The notes: generated from the letters alone by a model not told the origin. DNA of 62,398 bases from a bacterium (GCA_021158225.1 JAGGUZ010000016.1:1-62398), one strand, 5' to 3'. Shown: positions 10,881 to 20,812, counted from the first letter of the stretch. Program-made: numbers and translations.

Positions 10881-11443
10881 AAGAAAAGCAAATAATAAAT
10901 TACTTTTTTGAACTTGGGATATTAAAAAAGTTCTATCATAACGGTCCGCAAGTTGCAGGTGTTAAACACCCCGACACAATTGCCGAGCATATTTACAGAT
11001 CCTCTGTTATCGGCTTCTTGCTAGGAGAAATGGAAGGCTTAAGTGGCGAAAAAGTAGCAATGATCGCCCTTTTTCATGATAATCCGGAAAGTAGAATAGG
11101 AGATCATAATAAAATTGCTCAAAGATATATGGATCGTGAAAAAATTGAAAAGGATGTTCTAAAAGAACAAACTGCTTATCTCCCCTCTTCAATTGCGAAA
11201 AAAATCAAGAATTATTGGAATCAACATGCGGAGAAAAACTCAAAAGAAGGTCTGCTTGCATACGAAGCCGATTTACTTGAAACAGCCCTTCAGGCAAAAG
11301 AATATCTTGATATCGGCTACCCTACAAAAGGATGGATTTCCAATGTTAAGAAGAAACTTAAATCAAAAAGCGCTAAAAAATTATTACAAGAACTTGAAAA
11401 AACAAATTTTACCGATTGGTGGCAAGAGCTGAAAGTGGTATAG
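10877..11443 (+). CDS. HD-domain hydrolase (YfbR/HDDC2-like 5'-nucleotidase family)
   Basis: TIAEH..R, ALFHD..E..GD, ADLLE..LQAKEY; ATGA overlap with tgt. Confidence 0.8.
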   Translation: MKEKQIINYFFELGILKKFYHNGPQVAGVKHPDTIAEHIYRSSVIGFLLGEMEGLSGEKVAMIALFHDNPESRIGDHNKIAQRYMDREKIEKDVLKEQTAYLPSSIAKKIKNYWNQHAEKNSKEGLLAYEADLLETALQAKEYLDIGYPTKGWISNVKKKLKSKSAKKLLQELEKTNFTDWWQELKVV

Positions 11444-11475
11444 TTTTTTCGTAAAGAAAAATTTACTCAAAACTT

Positions 11476-12042
11476 ATGATTGCTTTCTTGGAAGGGACAA
11501 TTCAAAAAAAATTAAATGGAAACATTATTCTAAATACGGGAGATATCGGGTATCTTGTAAATATTTCGTCAAACAATTTGGCCGAACTTGAAGAAAATGA
11601 TCATTTGAGTTTGTTTATTCATACTTCGGTTAGAGAAGATGACATAAGCTTATTCGGATTTAGAGAACTTGAAGACCTTGAGCTTTTTAAGAAACTTATT
11701 TCCGTATCAGGGGTAGGCCCAAAAACAGGTCTGGAAATATTAAACAATTCAGCTAAAGGCATTAAGTATGCAATCTCTCAAGGAGACACCGATTTACTTG
11801 AAAAAACACCAGGGATAGGGAAGAAAACCGCTCAACGAATTATAATAGACCTTAAAAATAAAGTTTCTCAAACACAGAAACCGGATGATTACATTGATAC
11901 AAAAAACATTAATAGAGATGCCATTAAAGCACTTGAAAAACTCGGATTTAGGAAACATCAGATTATAAACAGACTCAAAAATATTCCGGAAGATATTACA
12001 AACGAAGAAGAAATTATTCGTTATTTTTTACAAAATGCTTAA
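11476..12042 (+). CDS. ruvA: Holliday junction branch migration protein RuvA
   Basis: MIAFLEG, VREDDISLFGF, SVSGVGPKTG, PGIGKKTAQRII, ALEKLGF. Confidence 0.95.
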   Translation: MIAFLEGTIQKKLNGNIILNTGDIGYLVNISSNNLAELEENDHLSLFIHTSVREDDISLFGFRELEDLELFKKLISVSGVGPKTGLEILNNSAKGIKYAISQGDTDLLEKTPGIGKKTAQRIIIDLKNKVSQTQKPDDYIDTKNINRDAIKALEKLGFRKHQIINRLKNIPEDITNEEEIIRYFLQNA

Positions 12043-13102
12043 CAAAATAAGACAGAATTTTCAGAAATATCAGGCTCTTTTTATAAGCAATCCTGTTAAC
12101 ATCTATTATTTAACCGGATTTACAGGAAGCAGAGGTATGATTTTAATAACACCGAAAAAAGCGTATTTCTTTACGGATTTCAGATATATCGAATACGCAA
12201 AAAAAATCATTCCTAAAGAATTTAATATTATTCAAATAAATAAAAAATGGAAAACGGACTGGCCGAAACTGCTTAAAAAATATCGAATAAAGTCACTCGG
12301 AATAGAAGAAAATTATATTACCTATCAACAATTCTTAGATCTTAGAAAAATATCAAAAGGTGTACATTTAAAAAAATCAGGGCTTGTTATTGAACAATTA
12401 AGACAATTTAAATCAGAATCTGAATTAATATATCTAAAAAAATCACAAAAAATTAATGAGGAACTTCTTAGAAAGACACTAAAATTCATTAAAATTGGAC
12501 GCACAGAAAAAGAAGTGGAATGGTTCATTTTAAATAATCTCTCTTCTGTTGGGGCACAGGGGGTTTCGTTTACGCCAATTATTGCTTTTGGGAGTAACAG
12601 CTCGATTCCGCATCATCAAAATGGGAACAAGAAACTAAAAAACGGAGACACGATTCTAATTGATATGGGCGTTAAATATAAAGGATACTGTAGTGATATG
12701 AGCCGCAGTTTTTTTACAAAAAAACCTACAGTTCTACAAAAAAATGTATATCAAACCGTATTAGATGCTCAAAATATGGCAATACAAAAACTAAAAAACG
12801 GCGTTTATGTTAATGAAGTTACAAATGTCGCAATGAATATAATTGAAAAAGCCGGATATAAAAAGAATTTTCAGCACGCACTCGGACATGGAACAGGCCT
12901 TGAAATTCATGAACTCCCGAATCTTGGAGCCAAAGACAAAACCAAACTTTTTGAAAATATGATTACAACAATCGAACCGGGTATATATTTACCCAAAAAC
13001 TTTGGAATTCGTATAGAAGATATGTTAATAATAACTCGTACCGGTTATACGAATACAACTAAATTCCCAAAAGATTTAAAAAATTCAGTTTTAGCCCTAT
13101 AA
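12035..13102 (+). CDS. Xaa-Pro aminopeptidase (M24B)
   Basis: NIYYLTGF, TDFRY, IDMG..YCSDMSR, HALGHGTGLEIHE, TIEPGIY, GIRIED. Confidence 0.92.
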   Translation: MLNKIRQNFQKYQALFISNPVNIYYLTGFTGSRGMILITPKKAYFFTDFRYIEYAKKIIPKEFNIIQINKKWKTDWPKLLKKYRIKSLGIEENYITYQQFLDLRKISKGVHLKKSGLVIEQLRQFKSESELIYLKKSQKINEELLRKTLKFIKIGRTEKEVEWFILNNLSSVGAQGVSFTPIIAFGSNSSIPHHQNGNKKLKNGDTILIDMGVKYKGYCSDMSRSFFTKKPTVLQKNVYQTVLDAQNMAIQKLKNGVYVNEVTNVAMNIIEKAGYKKNFQHALGHGTGLEIHELPNLGAKDKTKLFENMITTIEPGIYLPKNFGIRIEDMLIITRTGYTNTTKFPKDLKNSVLAL

Positions 13103-13115
13103 TATCTTTAGAAAA

Positions 13116-14429
13116 ATGACACCGAAAATCGCAGTAATTTTATTTCCAGGAACCAACTGTGAAATTGAAGCCCTAAGAACACTCGAAAGGTCTGATATGA
13201 CCCCGGTTCTCACAAGATGGAATGACTATAAAATAGACTACTCAAAACTTGATGGATTTTTTATACCGGGAGGTTTCTCGTACGAAGACAGAGGACGATC
13301 CGGAATAATCGCATCAAAAAATCCATTATTAAATAAGATTAAGGAAGAAGCCGAAAAGGGCAAACCCGTACTTGGAGTTTGCAATGGAGCACAAATAGTT
13401 CTTGAAGCCAAACTAATTCCAGGACTTGATAGAAATCATGTAGAAATGGCACTTGCTTGGAATAAGCGCATAGATAAAAACGGGAAGATTCTTGGAACAG
13501 GTTTTTATAATGATTGGATCTATATAAAGAATGTTTCTCCAAGCGGAAGAAGCGCATTTAACAAATATGAGTCAAACCATATAATGCGTATTCCGGTTGC
13601 CCATGCCGAAGGGCGTTTTACAACAATGGACGACGATTTACTTAACATACTTGAAAATAATGAACAGATGATATTTAAATATTGCGATAAAGACGGAAAT
13701 ATCATAAACGAATTTCCTGTAAATCCAAACGGAACCGCTATGAATTTAGCCGGTATTTGTAACCCTGAAGGAAATGTAATGTCTCTTATGCCTCATCCTG
13801 AAAGAACAGAGAAAGGTCAGGCAATATTTGATTCAATGAGAGATTATATCGGGAAATCTTTTTCTATCATTAAAAAAGATTCAACAATAATGCACAGAGA
13901 AACAACCGTAAAAGATATAATTGTGACTTATGAGAAACCAACAATTGAGATTCTTATAGATAGCGTTATAACAGATAACGAAGAAAGAACGATTGAACGA
14001 GCCATTCATGAGATGGGATTCAATAATCTTAAATTAAAAAAACATAAATACTTTGGAATTACTTTGGAACCTAATTTGAACCCAGTACAAATTGCAACTG
14101 ACTTAATAAAATCAGGCGAGCTTGTAAATCTGGCAAAAGAAATACCAACTGTTATTACAAATGGGAAAGCCTATGCTTACAAAGAAGGTGAACTCGAAGA
14201 AAATAATACGAATAAAGAAGATAAGAACGCATACTTAACTTTCAACAAAGAAGATATGGATGGAGAAAGCATATTACAGACAATCAATCTACACTTTTCC
14301 ATACCTGGTATAAAAAAGATAACATCCGGGAAAAAATGGATTTTAAATATCGAACAAAATAAAGCTGTGGAAATAGTTAAAACACAGATTTTTCACAATC
14401 CGCATGCAATGAACATTTATAAAGTTTAA
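13116..14429 (+). CDS. purQ: FGAM synthase glutaminase subunit PurQ with C-terminal tandem PurS-like extension
   Basis: FPGTNC, PGGFSYED, GVCNGAQ (catalytic Cys), PVAHAEG, NPNG, MPHPER; about 190 extra C-terminal aa. Confidence 0.9.
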   Translation: MTPKIAVILFPGTNCEIEALRTLERSDMTPVLTRWNDYKIDYSKLDGFFIPGGFSYEDRGRSGIIASKNPLLNKIKEEAEKGKPVLGVCNGAQIVLEAKLIPGLDRNHVEMALAWNKRIDKNGKILGTGFYNDWIYIKNVSPSGRSAFNKYESNHIMRIPVAHAEGRFTTMDDDLLNILENNEQMIFKYCDKDGNIINEFPVNPNGTAMNLAGICNPEGNVMSLMPHPERTEKGQAIFDSMRDYIGKSFSIIKKDSTIMHRETTVKDIIVTYEKPTIEILIDSVITDNEERTIERAIHEMGFNNLKLKKHKYFGITLEPNLNPVQIATDLIKSGELVNLAKEIPTVITNGKAYAYKEGELEENNTNKEDKNAYLTFNKEDMDGESILQTINLHFSIPGIKKITSGKKWILNIEQNKAVEIVKTQIFHNPHAMNIYKV

Positions 14430-14440
14430 AATTAAACACT

Positions 14441-16222
14441 ATGTGTGGAATATTTGCCTACAAAGGGCAAAAAACAAACGCAGCCCAGCTTGTTGTTAAT
14501 GGACTAAAAAAACTTGAATATAGAGGCTATGATTCTTGGGGAATAGCTTTTAAAACCGGTCATAAAGTAAGTATATACAAAGAAATCGGGAAAATAGGAG
14601 AATTTGATATATCAACATTAAAAGAAAAAGTTGACGGACCAATAAATGGCCACATGGCAATGGGACATTCAAGATGGGCTACGCATGGAGGCGTAACACA
14701 AGAAAACGCACACCCGCATTACTCGCAAGACAAAACAATAGCCGTTGTGCATAACGGAATTATTGAAAATTTTGAAGAATTAAAAACTGAACTAAAAGAA
14801 AAAGGATATAAATTTAGATCCGAAACAGATACGGAAGTAATTTCACATTTAATACAAAAATATAAATCTCTTGGCCCTGTGGATGCTGTTAAAAAAGCAT
14901 TATCACGCCTTCGTGGCAGATATGCCGTACTGGTTTTATGCGCCGAAGATGACAGACTAATAGCAGCACGGAGAGGATCTCCTTTAATTGTCGGGAAAGG
15001 AGAAAATGAATTTTTTATTGCTTCCGATATACCGGCATTCTTAGAATACACAAGAAAAGTTATGTACTTGGATGATAATCAAATGGTTGTTATAAATAAT
15101 GACGCAGAATTTTTCGATCTTGAAACAAATAAAAAAATTGATAAAAGAATCGTTAAAATTGACTGGAGCCCGGAAAGTGCTGAAAAAGGAGAATTCCCAC
15201 ATTTTATGATAAAGGAAATTACCGAGCAGAAAGAGACAATTGCAAGGGCGATTAATCAAGACGAGAAACAATTCATGAAAATTGCGAATGAAATTAAGAA
15301 TGCGTATGGAACATATTTGGTAGGATGTGGAACTGCGGGAAAAGTATGTTTAACCGGCTCGTATCTTTTTGCTAAAATCGCGAAAAGACATGTAAATGTA
15401 ACATTTGGATCGGAATTCCCGAGTTTACAAGATTTCATTACAGATAGAAGTTTAGTGATCGCAGTATCTCAAAGCGGAGAAACAGCTGATACTCTTGAAG
15501 CGATCGAAGTGGCAAAAGGGAAAAAAGCAAAAGTTCTTTCAATTATCAATGTTGAAGGTTCGTCGATGGATAGAATTTCCGATTATGCAATTAATATTAA
15601 AGCCGGACCGGAAAAAGCCGTAGCATCAACAAAAGCTACTACTGCTCAGCTTGCTATTTTGACCCTACTGGCTTATGCCCTTGATAACAGACTTGAGGAA
15701 GGAAAAATTTTGCTTGTAAATACTGCAAGTCAAATTAATGACATGCTAAATCCAAGATATGAAGACCATATTCTTAATCTCGCGAAAAAGATAAAAGATG
15801 TTGAAAGTATGTATGTAATAGGAAAAGGCGTTAATTATCCGATAGCACTTGAGGCTGCAATAAAATTGCAAGAAGTTTCTTATATACATGCGGAAGGATT
15901 TGCAGGAGGAGAATTAAAACATGGACCGATTGCACTAATAAATGACGGCGTTCCATGTGTTGTAATAGTTGCAAACGATGAAACGAAACAAGAAACAATC
16001 AGTAACGCGATAGAAGTGAAATCACGTGGTGGATACATTATTGGAATCGCTCCGGAAAACAATAATATATTTGATTACTGGATAAAAGTTCCGGAAGTGG
16101 GAGAAGCATCCCCAATCGTAAATATTATTCCGATTCAAATCTTAGCTTATCAATTGGCAATTCTAAGAAAAAACAATCCTGACATGCCACGCAATCTTGC
16201 CAAAAGCGTAACAGTCAAATAA
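14441..16222 (+). CDS. glmS: Glutamine--fructose-6-phosphate aminotransferase
   Basis: MCGI, LEYRGYDS, GHSRWATHG, SQSGETADT, ELKHGP, PRNLAKSVTV. Confidence 0.97.
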   Translation: MCGIFAYKGQKTNAAQLVVNGLKKLEYRGYDSWGIAFKTGHKVSIYKEIGKIGEFDISTLKEKVDGPINGHMAMGHSRWATHGGVTQENAHPHYSQDKTIAVVHNGIIENFEELKTELKEKGYKFRSETDTEVISHLIQKYKSLGPVDAVKKALSRLRGRYAVLVLCAEDDRLIAARRGSPLIVGKGENEFFIASDIPAFLEYTRKVMYLDDNQMVVINNDAEFFDLETNKKIDKRIVKIDWSPESAEKGEFPHFMIKEITEQKETIARAINQDEKQFMKIANEIKNAYGTYLVGCGTAGKVCLTGSYLFAKIAKRHVNVTFGSEFPSLQDFITDRSLVIAVSQSGETADTLEAIEVAKGKKAKVLSIINVEGSSMDRISDYAINIKAGPEKAVASTKATTAQLAILTLLAYALDNRLEEGKILLVNTASQINDMLNPRYEDHILNLAKKIKDVESMYVIGKGVNYPIALEAAIKLQEVSYIHAEGFAGGELKHGPIALINDGVPCVVIVANDETKQETISNAIEVKSRGGYIIGIAPENNNIFDYWIKVPEVGEASPIVNIIPIQILAYQLAILRKNNPDMPRNLAKSVTVK

Positions 16223-16235
16223 TTCATAGTGCTAT

Positions 16236-17159
16236 ATGTTAAAGAAATATAAGAATAGCGATCCCGACGAACATTTTGCCAAAAGAACAAACGACGACCT
16301 TATGGATTTACTTTCTCAGTTATGGATAAAATCACCAGAAGATATATCTTATGTTGACCGAATAACTTTTGCTGGACTCAAAACTATTTCGGGGATGGTC
16401 TGCGATTTAATTACAAAAGTATTAAACGAAACACATATAAAAGGTCATCACTTTTTTTTAGATAATCTTGATAAAGTGAGACGTGGCGGGAAAGGCATGC
16501 TTACTACATCAAATCATAGCACTTACCCGGATGATCCTTTTATTCCTGGAGCATTATTAAATGGCCAATACCTAAATTCGTGGAAAATTCTTTTTGGTGA
16601 TAACTCAGAATATGAAAATTGGAAATGGACTCCAGCTGAAAAAAGAAATTTTTTCTATCATAAAAACAAAAAATTAAGAAGAATATTCCGCTGGTTTTTT
16701 GGAAGAACAAAGACAGTTCCAATTTTAAGAGGTCAAGGTTTAAATCAAATAGCGCAAACACAACTTGAATCTTTTCTAAGACATGGTGATTGGGTTCATG
16801 TTTTTGGAGAAGGTACAAGAACACGTAAACATGGGAAGTTAAGAAAATTTAAGCCAGGCATTGGAAAGTTAATTCATCAAGCCCCTCAAACGTTAATAGT
16901 CCCATTTGGACATGATGGACTGCAGAATGTAACCCCACTCGGCAGTGCCGCAGAAGTTATCGATGACAGAACTGGAGAAGTGGATAAACGAATACTGAGA
17001 ACAGGTCAAAGAATTCAAATAGTAATAGGAGAGCCGTTTACCCTAACAAGTATTGTTGAAAAAATGGATCCATCCGTAGAAAACTACCTTGAAATTGCGG
17101 AAATGATTAGAACACGTGTTGCAGAATGTCATCAAGAAGCAATAGAACTTAATAAATAA
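16236..17159 (+). CDS. Lysophospholipid acyltransferase/transacylase, tafazzin-like
   Basis: HX4D motif SNHSTYPDDP, WTPA, VPILRGQG, HGDWVHVFGEG, FKPGIGKLI, GQRIQIVIGEPF. Confidence 0.8.
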   Translation: MLKKYKNSDPDEHFAKRTNDDLMDLLSQLWIKSPEDISYVDRITFAGLKTISGMVCDLITKVLNETHIKGHHFFLDNLDKVRRGGKGMLTTSNHSTYPDDPFIPGALLNGQYLNSWKILFGDNSEYENWKWTPAEKRNFFYHKNKKLRRIFRWFFGRTKTVPILRGQGLNQIAQTQLESFLRHGDWVHVFGEGTRTRKHGKLRKFKPGIGKLIHQAPQTLIVPFGHDGLQNVTPLGSAAEVIDDRTGEVDKRILRTGQRIQIVIGEPFTLTSIVEKMDPSVENYLEIAEMIRTRVAECHQEAIELNK

Positions 17160-17168
17160 TCGGTTTTC

Positions 17169-17177
17169 TGTTATAAT
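17169..17177 (+). promoter_or_regulatory. Extended -10 promoter upstream of the small ORF and pyk
   Basis: TG-T-TATAAT perfect extended -10. Confidence 0.55.
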
Positions 17178-17208
17178 ATATAGAAAACATAGCAATAAAT
17201 TGCTTCTT

Positions 17209-17415
17209 ATGAATATGAATCCAAAAACAAATATTTATGATATGATTCAACAACAGTTTGAAACCAAGTGCGACAATATTCAAAGCGAAACAGATAAGCT
17301 TTTAAATATGGTCCCGAAATACGATATAAAAAGGAGAAAAAAAATCCTTGATCTACATAAACTGAAATTAAAAGAAGCACTATTCAAACTTAATGAAAAT
17401 TTAAAATCACTTTAA
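17209..17415 (+). CDS. Small helical hypothetical protein
   Basis: Fills the gap after the promoter; stop abuts the pyk ATG (TAAATG); ATG 17209 or 17215. Confidence 0.6.
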   Translation: MNMNPKTNIYDMIQQQFETKCDNIQSETDKLLNMVPKYDIKRRKKILDLHKLKLKEALFKLNENLKSL

Positions 17416-18807
17416 ATGCGAGTACAAAATACAAAATTCGTTTGCACACTCGGACCGGCATCAAACAATATGAAAATTCTTGAAAAGATGGTCTACGCCG
17501 GAATGGATGTTGCAAGACTGAATTTTTCTCATGGAGATTATAAGAGTCATGCAAAATTAATTAGATACATCAGAGCAATTTCGAAAAAAACAGGTGTTCC
17601 AATTGCTATTATGCAAGATTTACAGGGTCCGAAAATAAGAATCGGAAAAGTTAAAGATCCCGGAATCAAAGTTAACAAAGGTCAAGAAATTATTCTAACC
17701 TGCGGGAAACTAAGAAAAGATTTAATACCGGTACAATACAAACAACTATATAAAGATGTTAAGAGAAATTCCCTCTTATTAATCGATGACGGATTGATTG
17801 AATTAAAAGTGGAAAAAGTAAAAGGCAAAGATATTTATTGTATATGCAAAAACAACGGAATAATCAAAAAAAACAAAGGTATTAATGTCCCAAACGAGAA
17901 TATTACAACAAGTTCAATAACAACAAAAGATAAAAAAGATTTAGTGTTTGGACTTAAACATGGCATTGATTATGTAGCGCTTTCCTTTGTTAAAGAGGCA
18001 AAAGACATATTGGAAATAAAAAAACTAATCGGCAATAAAAATGTAAAAGTTATAGCAAAAATAGAGCGTTCCAAAGCTGTTGAAAATCTTGATGAAATCA
18101 TTAAAGTCGCGGACTCGCTTATGGTCGCCCGCGGAGACCTTGCAATGGAAATCGGACCGGAAAAAGTTCCGATAGTTCAAAAAGAAATGATTAAAAAATG
18201 CAATCTTGCCGGTAAACCGATAATAACGGCTACTCAAATGTTGCAATCAATGGTGTTAAACCCTCAGCCAACGCGTGCGGAAATAAGTGATGTCGCCAAT
18301 GCAATCTTCGACAACACAGACGCAATTATGCTTTCAAATGAAACTGCGGTCGGGAAATATCCTGTTCGAGCCGTTAAAATCTTTGCAAAAGTCGCCCAAA
18401 CCATAGAGAGAGAACTTAAAAAATATAATAAGACCTCGAATATCGAGAAATCAAGCGATGAGATTGACTATTACGATGCGCTTGGACTTAGCACATGCCA
18501 GCTTGCCAAAGCAATAAAAGCAAGACATATCGTAGTGGTCAGTTCTTCCGGAAAATCCGCAAGATATATATCGAAACAAAGATCATACATTCCAACAATA
18601 GTAATAACTGTAAACGAAAAAATAAAAAACCAATTGTCTTTGTTATGGGGACTAAATGACATTATTATCGAAAAAATAAGTACGAAGAACTACTTGAAAG
18701 ACATAGAAAAAATTCTTAAGAAACACCCAGCTCTTAAAAAAGGTCAGAAAATTGTTATTCTTTATGCACACAGTAAAGAAAAACGTATTGTATCGACAAC
18801 CATATAA
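17416..18807 (+). CDS. pyk: Pyruvate kinase
   Basis: TKFVCTLGPAS, ARLNFSHG, DLQGPKIR, IAKIE, MVARGDL, ATQMLQSM, PTRAE. Confidence 0.96.
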   Translation: MRVQNTKFVCTLGPASNNMKILEKMVYAGMDVARLNFSHGDYKSHAKLIRYIRAISKKTGVPIAIMQDLQGPKIRIGKVKDPGIKVNKGQEIILTCGKLRKDLIPVQYKQLYKDVKRNSLLLIDDGLIELKVEKVKGKDIYCICKNNGIIKKNKGINVPNENITTSSITTKDKKDLVFGLKHGIDYVALSFVKEAKDILEIKKLIGNKNVKVIAKIERSKAVENLDEIIKVADSLMVARGDLAMEIGPEKVPIVQKEMIKKCNLAGKPIITATQMLQSMVLNPQPTRAEISDVANAIFDNTDAIMLSNETAVGKYPVRAVKIFAKVAQTIERELKKYNKTSNIEKSSDEIDYYDALGLSTCQLAKAIKARHIVVVSSSGKSARYISKQRSYIPTIVITVNEKIKNQLSLLWGLNDIIIEKISTKNYLKDIEKILKKHPALKKGQKIVILYAHSKEKRIVSTTI

Positions 18808-18842
18808 AAGTATTATAGAAAAGAACTTTAAGCTTCTTCAAT

Positions 18843-19331
18843 ATGCGTATTTTAGGCATAGATCCAGGAACAGCGCGTGTGGGATATGGCATAATCGATT
18901 TAAATGCGAACATTTATAGTGTTGTTGATTACGGATGTATTACAACAAAAGCACATACGCCTCTTGAAATTAGACTTGGAGAAATAGCGGATGATATAGA
19001 AGAGTTAATTAATAAATACTCACCTGATGTCGCCGCGGTAGAAGAACTTTTCTTCTCCAAGAACACAAAAACAGCGCTTTCCGTAGCACACGCAAGAGGT
19101 GTTATAATAGAAAAAATACAAAGATATAACATCCCCATGTATTCATATAATCCAATGAGCATAAAACAAGCGCTTTGCAGTGATGGGAAAGCAAAAAAAA
19201 TACAAATGCAGAAAATGACAAAATTATTGCTACAACTTTCGGAAATTCCAACTCCGGACGATACAGCCGACGCACTCGCAATAGCTTTATGTCATGGGAA
19301 TGTACATCAAAACAAATTACTTTACGCTTAA
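18843..19331 (+). CDS. ruvC: Crossover junction endodeoxyribonuclease RuvC
   Basis: ILGIDPG, AVEELFF, HARGV, DDTADALAIA.CH. Confidence 0.95.
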   Translation: MRILGIDPGTARVGYGIIDLNANIYSVVDYGCITTKAHTPLEIRLGEIADDIEELINKYSPDVAAVEELFFSKNTKTALSVAHARGVIIEKIQRYNIPMYSYNPMSIKQALCSDGKAKKIQMQKMTKLLLQLSEIPTPDDTADALAIALCHGNVHQNKLLYA

Positions 19332-19333
19332 AT

Positions 19334-20803
19334 ATGAACAAATTCCTTACAATATTAAACTTCATATTACTTACAACGCTAGTAATTCTCACGCTTTATG
19401 TATTTGATATAATTGATATTCCGCTTTTAGATAAGCCAAATACGAAAATTGAAGAATTAAAACAAGATCACTCGAATCCGCCTGAAAAAAAAGAGGTGGT
19501 GGGAAGATCAAAATCGTACGATGAATTAATGTCAAAAGCTAAAGTTTACAGCGATAATGGACTTTACGATTTGGCTATCGATTCTTACACACAAGCAAGC
19601 CAAAAAGCTGAGCTTAACAAAGAACCTCTACTCAGAATAGCGGAAATTCAATTGCTACAAAAAGAATATCAAAAAGCAAAAGATTTAAGCTTGCATATTC
19701 TTACTATCGATCAACATAGCGGTCTTGCAAAACTGTACTTGGGACAAGCTTACATAGGTCTTGAAAAATTTTCCGATGCAAAAAATATTCTTGATAACAT
19801 TACAAGCGACGATCAGAAAATCCAATATTATCAAGGAGTTATGGCTTTGTATTTCGGCGAATACGAAAGAGGACGTTCGCTACTTGAATCCGCTTCAAAA
19901 AAAGAAAATAAAAATGAAATTATAGCCAGAAATGCTCTTAATTTTGTAAATGCATTAAACGAGTTTGATAGATATGAAGCGGGTCTCGACAGTCATTTGC
20001 GTGTTCTTATCGCAAGAAGTTTTGCTCAAACGAACCAGCCTCATCTAGCAAAAGAAGTTATCTGGCCTGTTTTGAAAAAAGAACGAGACTATAGGGATGC
20101 TTGGATTATTTTAGGCTACAGTTATTTAAAACTTGAACAGTTTAAAGATGCTATTGATGCTCTTGAAGAAGCAACAAAACAAGATCCGGAGAAACCGGAA
20201 ACATTGTTTTATCTTGGGTTTGCATATGCCGGAAACGATGAGCCCGAAAAGGCGATAAAAGAATTGGAGCAAGCACTTGAAAATGGGTATGAGCCTAAAA
20301 TTCATGTAGATCAGAAACTCGCAGAACTTTATTTTCTTGTTAAGAATTACGATAATGCAACGAAAAAATATGAAGATGTAATTAGCTTAAATTCAACGGA
20401 AATAGATTATTTTATAAGACCCATATGGCTTTATATCGACAAGCTAAACAAACCCAAAAAAGCGGTAGCTCTAGCGGAAAAAGCACAATTAAATCATCCC
20501 GATAATGCAATGAGTTATAATTTGCTTGGATGGGCTCAAGTTGCAAATAACGATTATATAAACGGTAGAAGAAATTTGGAAAAAGCAATTTTGCTTTCGA
20601 AAAAACTGGATGCTCCATACCTTAACATGGGGTGGATGTATGAGAAACAAAACGATCTGGACAATGCTAAATATTTTTATAAAAAAGCATTTGATCTTGG
20701 GAATGGGAATGCATCACAAATATCTCAGTTGGCCGCCTCGCGCTATAACGCAATTTTAGAGAGGGAAAAAAATAATGCTTTTATGGTAAATATTTTTAAC
20801 TAA
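19334..20803 (+). CDS. Membrane-anchored TPR-repeat protein
   Basis: N-terminal TM helix; multiple TPRs (AWIILGYSY..A..A, LFYLGFAY, SYNLLGW, YLNMGWMYE); ATG 19334 follows the ruvC stop. Confidence 0.85.
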   Translation: MNKFLTILNFILLTTLVILTLYVFDIIDIPLLDKPNTKIEELKQDHSNPPEKKEVVGRSKSYDELMSKAKVYSDNGLYDLAIDSYTQASQKAELNKEPLLRIAEIQLLQKEYQKAKDLSLHILTIDQHSGLAKLYLGQAYIGLEKFSDAKNILDNITSDDQKIQYYQGVMALYFGEYERGRSLLESASKKENKNEIIARNALNFVNALNEFDRYEAGLDSHLRVLIARSFAQTNQPHLAKEVIWPVLKKERDYRDAWIILGYSYLKLEQFKDAIDALEEATKQDPEKPETLFYLGFAYAGNDEPEKAIKELEQALENGYEPKIHVDQKLAELYFLVKNYDNATKKYEDVISLNSTEIDYFIRPIWLYIDKLNKPKKAVALAEKAQLNHPDNAMSYNLLGWAQVANNDYINGRRNLEKAILLSKKLDAPYLNMGWMYEKQNDLDNAKYFYKKAFDLGNGNASQISQLAASRYNAILEREKNNAFMVNIFN

Positions 20804-20812
20804 AAATTTATT

